DNA from: Sulfurimonadaceae bacterium | Lineage (GTDB): Bacteria; Campylobacterota; Campylobacteria; Campylobacterales; Sulfurimonadaceae | Assembly (NCBI GenBank): GCA_041548245.1 | Contig: JBFESZ010000023.1 | Location: forward strand, 1-25,870 | Length of the DNA stretch: 25,870 bases | Direction: 5' to 3' | Shown here: positions 1 to 8,254 of the stretch, piece by piece | Layout: each line of letters opens with the position of its first letter | How positions within the stretch are numbered: position 1 is the first letter of the stretch | Program-made: the position numbers and the translations under genes | The notes under the pieces: model-generated | Told to the model about the DNA's origin: nothing | Database searches by the model: none | The model's input: the letters and a program-made list of their open reading frames with translations, nothing else

Positions 1-20
1 AATATTATTTACTAAATATA

Positions 21-41
21 GTTTAGTCATATAGACTAAAT
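21..41. promoter_or_regulatory. HAIR-like inverted repeat, probable HspR operator upstream of htpG
   Basis: TTTAGTC-atata-GACTAAA perfect inverted repeat at 22-40; in HAIR register GTTTAGT-N7-ACTAAAT versus consensus CTTGAGT-N7-ACTCAAG; directly upstream of a chaperone promoter. Confidence 0.7.
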
Positions 42-55
42 TTAATTGCTACTCC

Positions 56-85
56 TTGCATTATAATTTTAATTTTTGCTATAAT
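56..85 (+). promoter_or_regulatory. Housekeeping-sigma promoter of htpG
   Basis: Extended -10 TGcTATAAT at 77-85, TTGCAT at 56-61 (18 nt spacer); RBS AAGGAG at 102-107 before ATG 115. Confidence 0.7.
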
Positions 86-114
86 CGCAAAAAATTTATT
101 TAAGGAGTCCAAAT

Positions 115-2007
115 ATGGCAAAACATCAGTTTCAGACAGAAGTCAATCAAATTTTACAATTGATGATTCATTCACTATATTCCAACAAAGAGATCTTTTT
201 ACGTGAACTCGTCTCGAATGCTTCGGATGCACTGGACAAACTCAACATGCTTGTATTGACAAATGACGAATACAAGAACGTTGCTTTTTCACCGCGTATT
301 GACATCTCTTTTGACAAAGAAAAAAAGCAGCTTATCATCTCTGACAGCGGGATTGGTATGGATGAAGCTGATCTGATTGCTCATCTTGGTACCATCGCTA
401 AATCAGGTACAAAAGCATTCCTGGAAAATCTATCGGGTGACGAGAAAAAAGATTCTCAGCTGATCGGTCAATTCGGTGTCGGTTTCTATGCTTCGTTCAT
501 GGTCGCTGACAAGGTAGAAGTCATTTCGCAAAAAGCAGGAACTGACAAAGCGTATAAATGGGTATCAGAAGGCACCGGCGAATACGACCTTGAAGAAGCA
601 ACTCGTGAAAGCCACGGTACGACGATCATTATGCATCTAAAAGATGAGGAAGAGGAGTTTTTAGACACCTACCGTCTTGAAAATATCATCAAAAAGTATT
701 CTAACCATATTCCGTTCCCTATCTTTATGGACAAGGAACATTATATTGCCGCTGAGAAAGATGATGAGGGTAACGAAACAAAACCTGCTTCCACAGAGAT
801 CAAAAACGAGCAGGTCAACAGAGCCAATGCGCTGTGGACGATTGCCAAATCAGAGATTAAAGACGAGGAGTATAAAGACTTCTATAAAAGTATCTCTCAC
901 GACTCCGGCGAGCCGATCACATGGATGCATAACAAGGCGGAAGGAGCTATTGAGTACACGACTCTTTTCTACATTCCTGAAAAAGCGCCTATGGACCTTT
1001 ACCGTGTGGATTACCAAACAGGGATCAAGCTCTATATCAACCGTGTCTTCATCACAGATGACGAGAAAGAGCTTATGCCGACCTACCTTCGCTTCCTGCG
1101 TGGTGTGATCGATTCTAAAGACCTTCCGTTGAATGTCAGCCGTGAGATCCTTCAATCCAATCCGGTCATGTCAAAGATCAAAAATGCTTCCGTAAAGAAA
1201 GTACTTTCTGACCTTGCCAAGATGATGAAAAAAGATGCGGACAAATATGCCAAATTCTATGCTGAATTCGGAAACTGTCTTAAAGAAGGTATCTACTCTG
1301 ACTTTGGAAACCGTGAGAAACTCCTTGAACTGCTTCAGTTCAATACACTTAAATCCGATAAGAAAACGACCATCGAAGAGTTTATCAAAAACGTAGACAA
1401 AGAGAAAAAAGAGATCTACTACCTGACAGGAAAGATGGCCCTTGCCATGCTTAAGAACTCTCCTTCACTCGAACGTTTCAAAGCCAAAGACATCGATGTG
1501 CTTATCCTCAATGAAGAGATCGACACAATCGTCTTCCCGATGGTACATGAATATAAAGAGTATAAGTTTGTAAACGTTGCCGACGCGAAGTTCGAAGAGA
1601 GTGAAGAAGAGAAAAAAGCCGAAGAAGAGACTTCAAAAGAGTTCGAGACACTGATCAAAGAGTTCAAAGAGACCCTTGGCGAAGATGTTAAAGATGTAGA
1701 GATCACCTCTGATCTTACCGAATCACCGGTTTGTCTGAAGATAGACAAAGAAGACCCGAGCTATATGATGGCGCAGATGATGGCCCAAATGGGAAATGCA
1801 GCAGACATCCCGCCAATCAAACCTATTTTACAGATCAACCCGAAACATGAGATCCTGACTAAACTCAAAGACTCTGCCGATCAGAACCTTATCAACGATG
1901 CCGCCCACGTGCTACTTGATCAGGCCAAGATCTTTGAAGGTATGGAGATCACGGACACAGCCGCATTTATTTCCCGAATGAACCGTATTATGACAAAGGC
2001 TCTCTAA
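115..2007 (+). CDS. htpG: Molecular chaperone HtpG (Hsp90)
   Basis: Hsp90 signatures YSNKEIFLRELVSNASDA, LGTIAKSGT, IGQFGVGFY, LPLNVSREILQ; 630 aa; strong RBS. Confidence 0.99.
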   Translation: MAKHQFQTEVNQILQLMIHSLYSNKEIFLRELVSNASDALDKLNMLVLTNDEYKNVAFSPRIDISFDKEKKQLIISDSGIGMDEADLIAHLGTIAKSGTKAFLENLSGDEKKDSQLIGQFGVGFYASFMVADKVEVISQKAGTDKAYKWVSEGTGEYDLEEATRESHGTTIIMHLKDEEEEFLDTYRLENIIKKYSNHIPFPIFMDKEHYIAAEKDDEGNETKPASTEIKNEQVNRANALWTIAKSEIKDEEYKDFYKSISHDSGEPITWMHNKAEGAIEYTTLFYIPEKAPMDLYRVDYQTGIKLYINRVFITDDEKELMPTYLRFLRGVIDSKDLPLNVSREILQSNPVMSKIKNASVKKVLSDLAKMMKKDADKYAKFYAEFGNCLKEGIYSDFGNREKLLELLQFNTLKSDKKTTIEEFIKNVDKEKKEIYYLTGKMALAMLKNSPSLERFKAKDIDVLILNEEIDTIVFPMVHEYKEYKFVNVADAKFEESEEEKKAEEETSKEFETLIKEFKETLGEDVKDVEITSDLTESPVCLKIDKEDPSYMMAQMMAQMGNAADIPPIKPILQINPKHEILTKLKDSADQNLINDAAHVLLDQAKIFEGMEITDTAAFISRMNRIMTKAL

Positions 2008-2018
2008 GCCTTTGTTCT
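1993..2018 (+). terminator. Putative intrinsic terminator overlapping the htpG stop
   Basis: ACAAAGGC-tctctaa-GCCTTTGT 8-bp stem with the TAA stop in the loop, followed by T-rich sequence. Confidence 0.55.
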
Positions 2019-2078
2019 ATCGTTTAATCCCCTCTTTCTCGATATTTTTTCTCACACTCTCTCTTCTTAAAATTATTT

Positions 2079-2087
2079 TGTTACAAT
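2079..2087 (+). promoter_or_regulatory. Extended -10 promoter, probably giving a leaderless mRNA
   Basis: TGtTACAAT at 2079-2087, 7 nt before ATG 2095; no SD sequence upstream of the ATG. Confidence 0.55.
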
Positions 2088-2094
2088 CACTCTT

Positions 2095-2691
2095 ATGAAA
2101 GCACACAATGCCTATCAAAATCTCACCATTCTTATTGTTGAAGATGACAAGGATGCACGAGAGACTTTAAAGTCGATGATCGAACTTGACTTTAAATATG
2201 TTTATGAAGCAGCCAATGGGTGTGAAGGCCTGGAAGCTTATCAGACATACAAACCTGACATCATCCTGACTGATATACAGATGCCATGCATGAACGGCAT
2301 TGAGATGTTGCAAGAGATACGGATGATCTCCCATGAGCCACTGGTTATCTTCATCTCCGCCTACAGTGATGTACAGACACTGCTTCAAGCGATTGATCTG
2401 AAGATCGACGCTTATATCATCAAGCCCTTCATGTACAAGGACATTTTAGAAAAGATTGATGCCAATCTCTCTTATGAAGCAGATGAAAACACGCTTCATA
2501 AAGAGCTTTCAAAACGCGAGATGGAGGTCTTCATTGATATTGCCAAAGGGATAAAACCAACACATATCGCTTCCAAATACGCACTCAAACCAAAGACGGT
2601 AAGTACCTACCGAAAACGAATACTGCAAAAACTTAATATGAACAGCAATGCCGAACTGATCAAGTATGCTCTTAACAATCACCTGATCTGA
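2095..2691 (+). CDS. DNA-binding response regulator, REC + LuxR/NarL-type HTH
   Basis: REC motifs ILIVEDD, DIILTDIQMP, FISA, IIKP; C-terminal LSKREMEVF...KTVSTYRKRILQKL...AELIKYAL is a LuxR HTH. Confidence 0.92.
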   Translation: MKAHNAYQNLTILIVEDDKDARETLKSMIELDFKYVYEAANGCEGLEAYQTYKPDIILTDIQMPCMNGIEMLQEIRMISHEPLVIFISAYSDVQTLLQAIDLKIDAYIIKPFMYKDILEKIDANLSYEADENTLHKELSKREMEVFIDIAKGIKPTHIASKYALKPKTVSTYRKRILQKLNMNSNAELIKYALNNHLI

Positions 2692-2692
2692 G

Positions 2693-2740
2693 TTTGTCCT
2701 CCTTTGTCCACTATATTTTTATTTTATTTTGATTTATAAT
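2693..2740 (+). promoter_or_regulatory. Promoter of the main signalling operon with an upstream direct repeat
   Basis: TATAAT at 2735-2740 after an AT-rich tract; TTTGTCC at 2693-2699 and 2703-2709. Confidence 0.5.
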
Positions 2741-2772
2741 ACAATAAGTTAAACCATTTAAAGGTGTGCGTT

Positions 2773-4593
2773 ATGGAAAAGAATCCTTTACAAGAGATAA
2801 CGGTACTTTACGTGGAAGACGAAGCCATCATACGTGAAGAGTTCGTCGATATTCTAGAGAATGAAGTCCATGCTTTGCATGTGGCTAAAAATGGTGAAGA
2901 GGGCCTTGAGCTCTTTAAAAAACATCAAATCGATGTGGTCATTACAGATATCCGTATGCCGATAATGGATGGGCTCAGTATGAGCCGTGCCATCTTGGCT
3001 ATTGATAAGAGCATGCCTATCATCATCTCATCTGCTTTCAATGACACCCAATATCTGATGGAATCAATCAAATTGGGAATACACTATTATCTGCTCAAAC
3101 CTGTCAACCTGAATGAGCTCTTCTCAACCCTGCATATGGCCTCCAGTAACGTCATCAATGCCCGGCACCTCAAACAGAGTGAGAAACTTCTATCGCAATA
3201 CAAAGAAGCCGTTGATAAGAACTCTATCGTCTCCAAAGCTGACAAGAACGGTATGATCACCTATGCCAATGACGCTTTTTGCAAGATCAGCGGCTACTCA
3301 AAAGAGGAGTTGATCGGCAAGTCACACAGCATTGTACGTCATCCGGATACGAAAGACGAAGTCTTTCAAGAGCTTTGGGGGACGATATTGGCAAAAAAAG
3401 AGTGGCATGGCACCATCAAAAACAGAGCAAAAGACGGTTCGTTTTACTATGTTGATTCAACGATAATCCCTGTTTTGGATACGGATAATGAGATAGAAGA
3501 GTTTATCTCCATCCGTAACGACGTCACACAAAGAGAGCTGGACAAACAGCAACTTGTGAGCAAGCTCAACAGCAGTGCTCAAACCTTAAGCGAAAAGATT
3601 CAGTTCATCTATGAGTATGAGAACGCTCTGAAAAAGAGCACTCTATTCTGCCGTACAACAATAGATGGACACATTTCGATGGCTAGCGATGCCTTTAGTG
3701 AGCTTTTAGGTCTTGAGGAATCCACTATCATAAACAGCTCCTATCTTTCACTTGTCGATGAGAGTTATCTAGATAAGCTTGACACAGAGGTCCGGGTGGC
3801 TATAAGGGACAAACAGAGTTGGCAAGGTTTGATAAAACATCGCGACTCTCAGGGCAAATCCATCTATCTCATCTGCTCATTTGTGCCAATCTTGGATATC
3901 GAAGGCAATGCACATGAAGTCCTTTGCTTTTATGTCGATATCACCAAACAGGTGTATCTCAACCGCGAGATCATCACGACGCAAAAAGAGGTCATCTCCA
4001 CCATGGGAGCCATTGGCGAGACCCGTTCCAAAGAGACGGGTGACCATGTCAAACGCGTAGCCGAATATTCCAAACTATTGGCATTGAAATATGGTCTAAA
4101 CCTTGAAGAAGCCGAGCAGATCAAAATGGCATCGCCTATGCATGATATCGGTAAAGTAGGCATACCAGACAACATTCTGAACAAACCGGGCAAACTGACC
4201 GAAGAGGAGTTTGAGATCATGAAGACCCATGCACAACTGGGTCATGAGATGCTCAAAGGTTCGAAGCAGCCGCTATTGCAGACGGCCGCCATCATCTCTA
4301 GGGAACATCATGAGAAATGGGACGGTTCAGGCTACCCTCGAGGGCTTAAAGGCGAAGATATCCATATCTATGGACGTATTACAGCCATCGCAGATGTCTT
4401 TGATGCGTTGGGACATGACAGGGTCTATAAAAAAGCCTGGCCGCTTGAAGATATTTTAGAGCTTTTCAAAGAGGGACGGGGAAAACACTTCGACCCAAAT
4501 CTGATCGACCTGTTCTTCGATCACCTGGATGATTTTCTGGCGATTAAAGAGAGGTTTGACGGTACACAGGGGGAGTCTTTTGAAGCACTTTAA
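2773..4593 (+). CDS. REC-PAS-PAS-HD-GYP cyclic di-GMP phosphodiesterase
   Basis: REC (LYVEDE, ITDIRMP, LLKP); two PAS domains; HD-GYP with ETGDH, MHDIGK, MKTH, HHEKWDGSGYP, IADVFDAL. Start moved from GTG 2764 to ATG 2773 (AAGG at 2761-2764). Confidence 0.93.
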   Translation: MEKNPLQEITVLYVEDEAIIREEFVDILENEVHALHVAKNGEEGLELFKKHQIDVVITDIRMPIMDGLSMSRAILAIDKSMPIIISSAFNDTQYLMESIKLGIHYYLLKPVNLNELFSTLHMASSNVINARHLKQSEKLLSQYKEAVDKNSIVSKADKNGMITYANDAFCKISGYSKEELIGKSHSIVRHPDTKDEVFQELWGTILAKKEWHGTIKNRAKDGSFYYVDSTIIPVLDTDNEIEEFISIRNDVTQRELDKQQLVSKLNSSAQTLSEKIQFIYEYENALKKSTLFCRTTIDGHISMASDAFSELLGLEESTIINSSYLSLVDESYLDKLDTEVRVAIRDKQSWQGLIKHRDSQGKSIYLICSFVPILDIEGNAHEVLCFYVDITKQVYLNREIITTQKEVISTMGAIGETRSKETGDHVKRVAEYSKLLALKYGLNLEEAEQIKMASPMHDIGKVGIPDNILNKPGKLTEEEFEIMKTHAQLGHEMLKGSKQPLLQTAAIISREHHEKWDGSGYPRGLKGEDIHIYGRITAIADVFDALGHDRVYKKAWPLEDILELFKEGRGKHFDPNLIDLFFDHLDDFLAIKERFDGTQGESFEAL

Positions 4594-5758
4594 AAACTTC
4601 AATATCAATGAACATATCTCTGTGTTGTATGTTGAAGACCAGATCGATATACAGGAGGAGTTTGTTGATATCCTACAACTCTTGATCGATGAGATCCATG
4701 TTGCTTCTAACGGTCAACAGGGCTTAGATCAGTATCACAAAAGATTGCCTGATATCATCATCACTGATATTCAGATGCCCTTGATGTCAGGGCTTGAGAT
4801 GGTCAAAAAGATACGTGAAAGAGATCAGGACATCCCTATTGTCATCACCTCTGCCTTTGAGGAATCAAAATATCTTTTGGAGGCAATCGACCTTGGCGTC
4901 GAATACTATCTTCTTAAGCCTGTCATGCTTGATAAACTGCAAGAGCGTCTTAACCTTATCAAAAAACGTATCATGCAAAAAAGAGAGCTTGAAGCCTATC
5001 AGCTTTATCTTGAAGACCGCATTGAAGAAGAGATCGCTTTAAGCGAGGCAAAAGAGGCCCTGCTTATAGAACAGAACAAATCCTCTGAAGTTGGTCAGAT
5101 GGTAAGTATCATAGCCCACCAGTGGAAACAGCCCCTTCACTATCTGAATCTTCTGATTGAAGATCTGGGCATGGAGTACGAGTATCAGCCTTTGAGTAAA
5201 GAGTATATCAACGACTTCGTCAAAAAAGGCACTAAGCGTGTTAACTTTCTGAGCGAGACGATGGACAATTTCTTAAACTTTTACAGAAGTGAAACGGAGA
5301 TAAAAGAATTTTCCCTCTCAAAGGTCATCCATGAGATATCAAAGTTTCTGGGTATGTCTTTCAAATCACTTGGCATCACCATCGATATCACGGTTAGGGA
5401 AGACTTCTCTCTGCACGGTATTGAGAATGAACTGCAACAGGTCATACTCAACCTTATCAATAATGCCAAAGAAGCGTTTGAGGGACAAAAAAGAGCTGAT
5501 GCGAAGATATCCATCGAAATTTTAAAAAAATCAGATAAAGGGGTGGTGATTGTCCAGGACAATGCCGGTGGTATCCCAAGCGATGCTATAAAGAAAATCT
5601 TCAATATCGAGTATACGACTAAAGAAAACGGTAACGGCATCGGGCTTTATCTGGTTAAGAAGATCGTTGAAGAGAGGTTCAAAGGCTCTGTTGACGTATC
5701 CAACACCCCCTCAGGAGCCTGCTTCAACCTGACTTTTGATATTGAACAAGGTTCCTGA
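4580..5758 (+). CDS. Cytoplasmic hybrid kinase REC-HisKA-HATPase with no sensor domain
   Basis: REC (LYVEDQ, ITDIQMP, LLKP), coiled coil, H-box IAHQWKQPL, N-box NLINNAKEA, DNAGGIP, GNGIGLY. Likely start TTG 4580 after AGGGGGAG. Confidence 0.88.
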   Translation: MKHFKNFNINEHISVLYVEDQIDIQEEFVDILQLLIDEIHVASNGQQGLDQYHKRLPDIIITDIQMPLMSGLEMVKKIRERDQDIPIVITSAFEESKYLLEAIDLGVEYYLLKPVMLDKLQERLNLIKKRIMQKRELEAYQLYLEDRIEEEIALSEAKEALLIEQNKSSEVGQMVSIIAHQWKQPLHYLNLLIEDLGMEYEYQPLSKEYINDFVKKGTKRVNFLSETMDNFLNFYRSETEIKEFSLSKVIHEISKFLGMSFKSLGITIDITVREDFSLHGIENELQQVILNLINNAKEAFEGQKRADAKISIEILKKSDKGVVIVQDNAGGIPSDAIKKIFNIEYTTKENGNGIGLYLVKKIVEERFKGSVDVSNTPSGACFNLTFDIEQGS

Positions 5759-5759
5759 A

Positions 5760-6728
5760 ATGTCTATCTTACACACTCTTCTTGTCCTGAGCATGGCCTT
5801 TTTTCTCACTGCCTGTGAGCATCAATCAACACAGACACTAAAAGTGGGCATATCACCTTGGCCGGGTTATGAGCCTTTGGTACTTGCGGCAGAAAAGAGG
5901 TATTTTGGAGATTCCAATATAAGAATCATCCGCTTTGCCACGCCTACGGAGTCCTACAGGGCATTACGAGACGGGATCATTGATGTTGCCGCTTTTACGG
6001 CTGATGAAGTCTTTCATTATGCAGAAGTACGTGACAAACCACGCATCTTTTTGGTTGTGGATATCTCCAATGGGGCTGATGCCATTGTGGCAAAGAAAGA
6101 GATTCGAAGTATCGACGACCTCAAAGGAAAACGTCTTGGTGTCGAAGGGAGTGCCTTGGGGGACTATGTCGTACAAAGAGCACTTGACTTTAGCAAACAG
6201 GGACTGATCTCCTCGCAAATAAAACTTAAAAACGTCGAGATCAATTTCCAGGAAAAGGCCTTCCTTGATAATGAGATTGATGCTGCCGTGACTTATGAGC
6301 CATCCAAGTCTTTACTGCTCAAGGCAGGAGGCCATGTTCTCTTTGACAGTTCTCAAATCCCCAATGAGATCGTTGATGTCATAGTGACCAATGACAAGAC
6401 CATTGAAGAACGCTCCCCTGAACTTGTAAACCTTGCCAAAGGGTGGTTTAAAGCATTAAGCTATATCTATGCGCATTATGAGCAGACCATGCAAAAGATG
6501 TCTCGGCATGAGACGACGAGTGTCGAAGAGTTTCAAAAGGGATACGAAGACCTCATCATCCCCACCAAAGAAGAGAACATCAAGATGCTAGCTCAAAACG
6601 GCTCCTTACTCGAACCTATGCAAAAGCTTTCCACACTTATGTACGCCAAAGGTTCTCTTGAAAAGGTCATTGATGTCAGACCTCTTTTAGACGATCGCAT
6701 TATCAGCGCGATCAAGGAGGAAGAGTGA
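5760..6728 (+). CDS. Periplasmic substrate-binding lipoprotein (NMT1/THI5/SsuA-like)
   Basis: Signal peptide with lipobox FLTAC from ATG 5760; family-typical segments VGISPWPGYEPL, SNGADAIVA, DLKGKRLG, DAAVTYEP. Confidence 0.8.
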   Translation: MSILHTLLVLSMAFFLTACEHQSTQTLKVGISPWPGYEPLVLAAEKRYFGDSNIRIIRFATPTESYRALRDGIIDVAAFTADEVFHYAEVRDKPRIFLVVDISNGADAIVAKKEIRSIDDLKGKRLGVEGSALGDYVVQRALDFSKQGLISSQIKLKNVEINFQEKAFLDNEIDAAVTYEPSKSLLLKAGGHVLFDSSQIPNEIVDVIVTNDKTIEERSPELVNLAKGWFKALSYIYAHYEQTMQKMSRHETTSVEEFQKGYEDLIIPTKEENIKMLAQNGSLLEPMQKLSTLMYAKGSLEKVIDVRPLLDDRIISAIKEEE

Positions 6729-8254
6729 ACATACCATTGAAATATCTTCTTCCTCTGTTTATGTTGGTTGCAGGCTTGTTTCTCGTGAACGTACAAAGCT
6801 ATATTCAAATGCATGCCGAATATAAAAAGATGGTCCAGCGCTCTATTCAACAGGCCAAGGTGATCGGTAACAGAATCGCCAGCCGTATCACCTTGGAAGT
6901 CAAGACATCCGGGTTTTCCAAGGAGAAGATGGTCAGTCTCAGTGCACCTTATATGGCAGAATCACTCAACAAGGTCAGCATCTACAATCAAACACTCGTA
7001 CCTATATTCTCAAGGTCCATCCCATCCTATAGCGATAGCCGACACGACAAGTTTGAAAGTGCCTTGGCCTATAAGGTCGTCAAAGATCAGTTCTCCCATA
7101 TCTTTTATGATGATGAGACCAAACATATCATTGGCTATTTTCCCATTGACTTCCCCATTGAAAAAGGAGATGTCCTTCCACGGCATACCGGAGTGCTCTA
7201 TCTTGTCTTTGACATCACACCGGAATACGTACTGACAAAAGAAGGGATCATCAAGACTGCTATCATGAATGTGATCATCATCACCATGATGATTCTCTTC
7301 TTCTCCATATTGATGTACTGGTTCGTCTTCAGACGTCTTGACACCCTGCATCAGGCAACACAGCAGATGGCTAAGGGGAATTTCAATGTACGTGTCCAAA
7401 CAGACAGAGAAGATGAACTTACCCAGGTCATCAACACCTTCAACTCCATGGCTGTTGATATCAACACCTATATCAATGACATGCAGAAGCAGGTGGACAA
7501 AGCCTTCAAAGAACAGCATGAACAGAGCAAGATCATGATCCAGCAGAGTCGTCTTGCCTCTATGGGTGAGATGATAGGCAACATCGCTCATCAGTGGCGA
7601 CAGCCTCTAAATGCCCTCGCCCTCATCCTTCAAAAGATAGAGCTCTATTCCAAACGTGGTAAACTCACTGAAAAAGTACTTTCAGAGAGTGTTGATAAAG
7701 CCACTTTGCTCATCGACAACATGTCCACGACTATTGATGACTTCAGAGATTTTTTCAAACCGGACAAGCAGATGGAGTATTTTGAGCTTAAGAGTGTCAT
7801 CCACGATGTACTGGTACTCCAAGATGCCCGCCTGAAAGAGGATAATATCATCGTCACTATTGATATTCAGCCAGGTTGCTGGATCTATGGGTTTAAAAAC
7901 GAATTTGCGCAGGTCATCATCAATCTTATCAACAATGCGCAAGATGCGCTTGCACAGAAGAATGTGCTTAACAAAAGGATCTTTATCTCTGCAAAACAGA
8001 AGAACAGACAGCTCATCTTTAAATTCTCCGATAACGCAGGCGGTATCCCTGCAGATATACTTGATCGGATCTTCGAACCTTACTACACGACAAAAGAAGA
8101 AGGCAAAGGCACGGGTCTGGGACTGTATATGTCGAAGATGATCATTGAAGAGAACATGCATGGTATCATGCATGTTCGCAACAATGAATACGGAGCTGAG
8201 TTCAGTATAATATTTAAAAATAAAGGGTTTAATGATGAACATACTTATCGTTGA
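6725..8254 (+). CDS. Membrane sensor histidine kinase (TM-periplasmic domain-TM-HAMP-HisKA-HATPase)
   Basis: Two hydrophobic segments, HAMP (RLDTLHQATQQMAKGNF...DELTQVINTFNSM), IAHQWRQPL, GKGTGLGLY; GTG start with AAGGAGG, GTGA overlap with upstream stop. Confidence 0.92.
   Translation: MNIPLKYLLPLFMLVAGLFLVNVQSYIQMHAEYKKMVQRSIQQAKVIGNRIASRITLEVKTSGFSKEKMVSLSAPYMAESLNKVSIYNQTLVPIFSRSIPSYSDSRHDKFESALAYKVVKDQFSHIFYDDETKHIIGYFPIDFPIEKGDVLPRHTGVLYLVFDITPEYVLTKEGIIKTAIMNVIIITMMILFFSILMYWFVFRRLDTLHQATQQMAKGNFNVRVQTDREDELTQVINTFNSMAVDINTYINDMQKQVDKAFKEQHEQSKIMIQQSRLASMGEMIGNIAHQWRQPLNALALILQKIELYSKRGKLTEKVLSESVDKATLLIDNMSTTIDDFRDFFKPDKQMEYFELKSVIHDVLVLQDARLKEDNIIVTIDIQPGCWIYGFKNEFAQVIINLINNAQDALAQKNVLNKRIFISAKQKNRQLIFKFSDNAGGIPADILDRIFEPYYTTKEEGKGTGLGLYMSKMIIEENMHGIMHVRNNEYGAEFSIIFKNKGFNDEHTYR

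Noticed and set aside
2053-2064. CT-rich tract resembling 25720-25733, and G5 run at 4569-4573, as phase-variation sites
   Set aside because: Too short for slipped-strand contingency loci; the G run is explained as an RBS.
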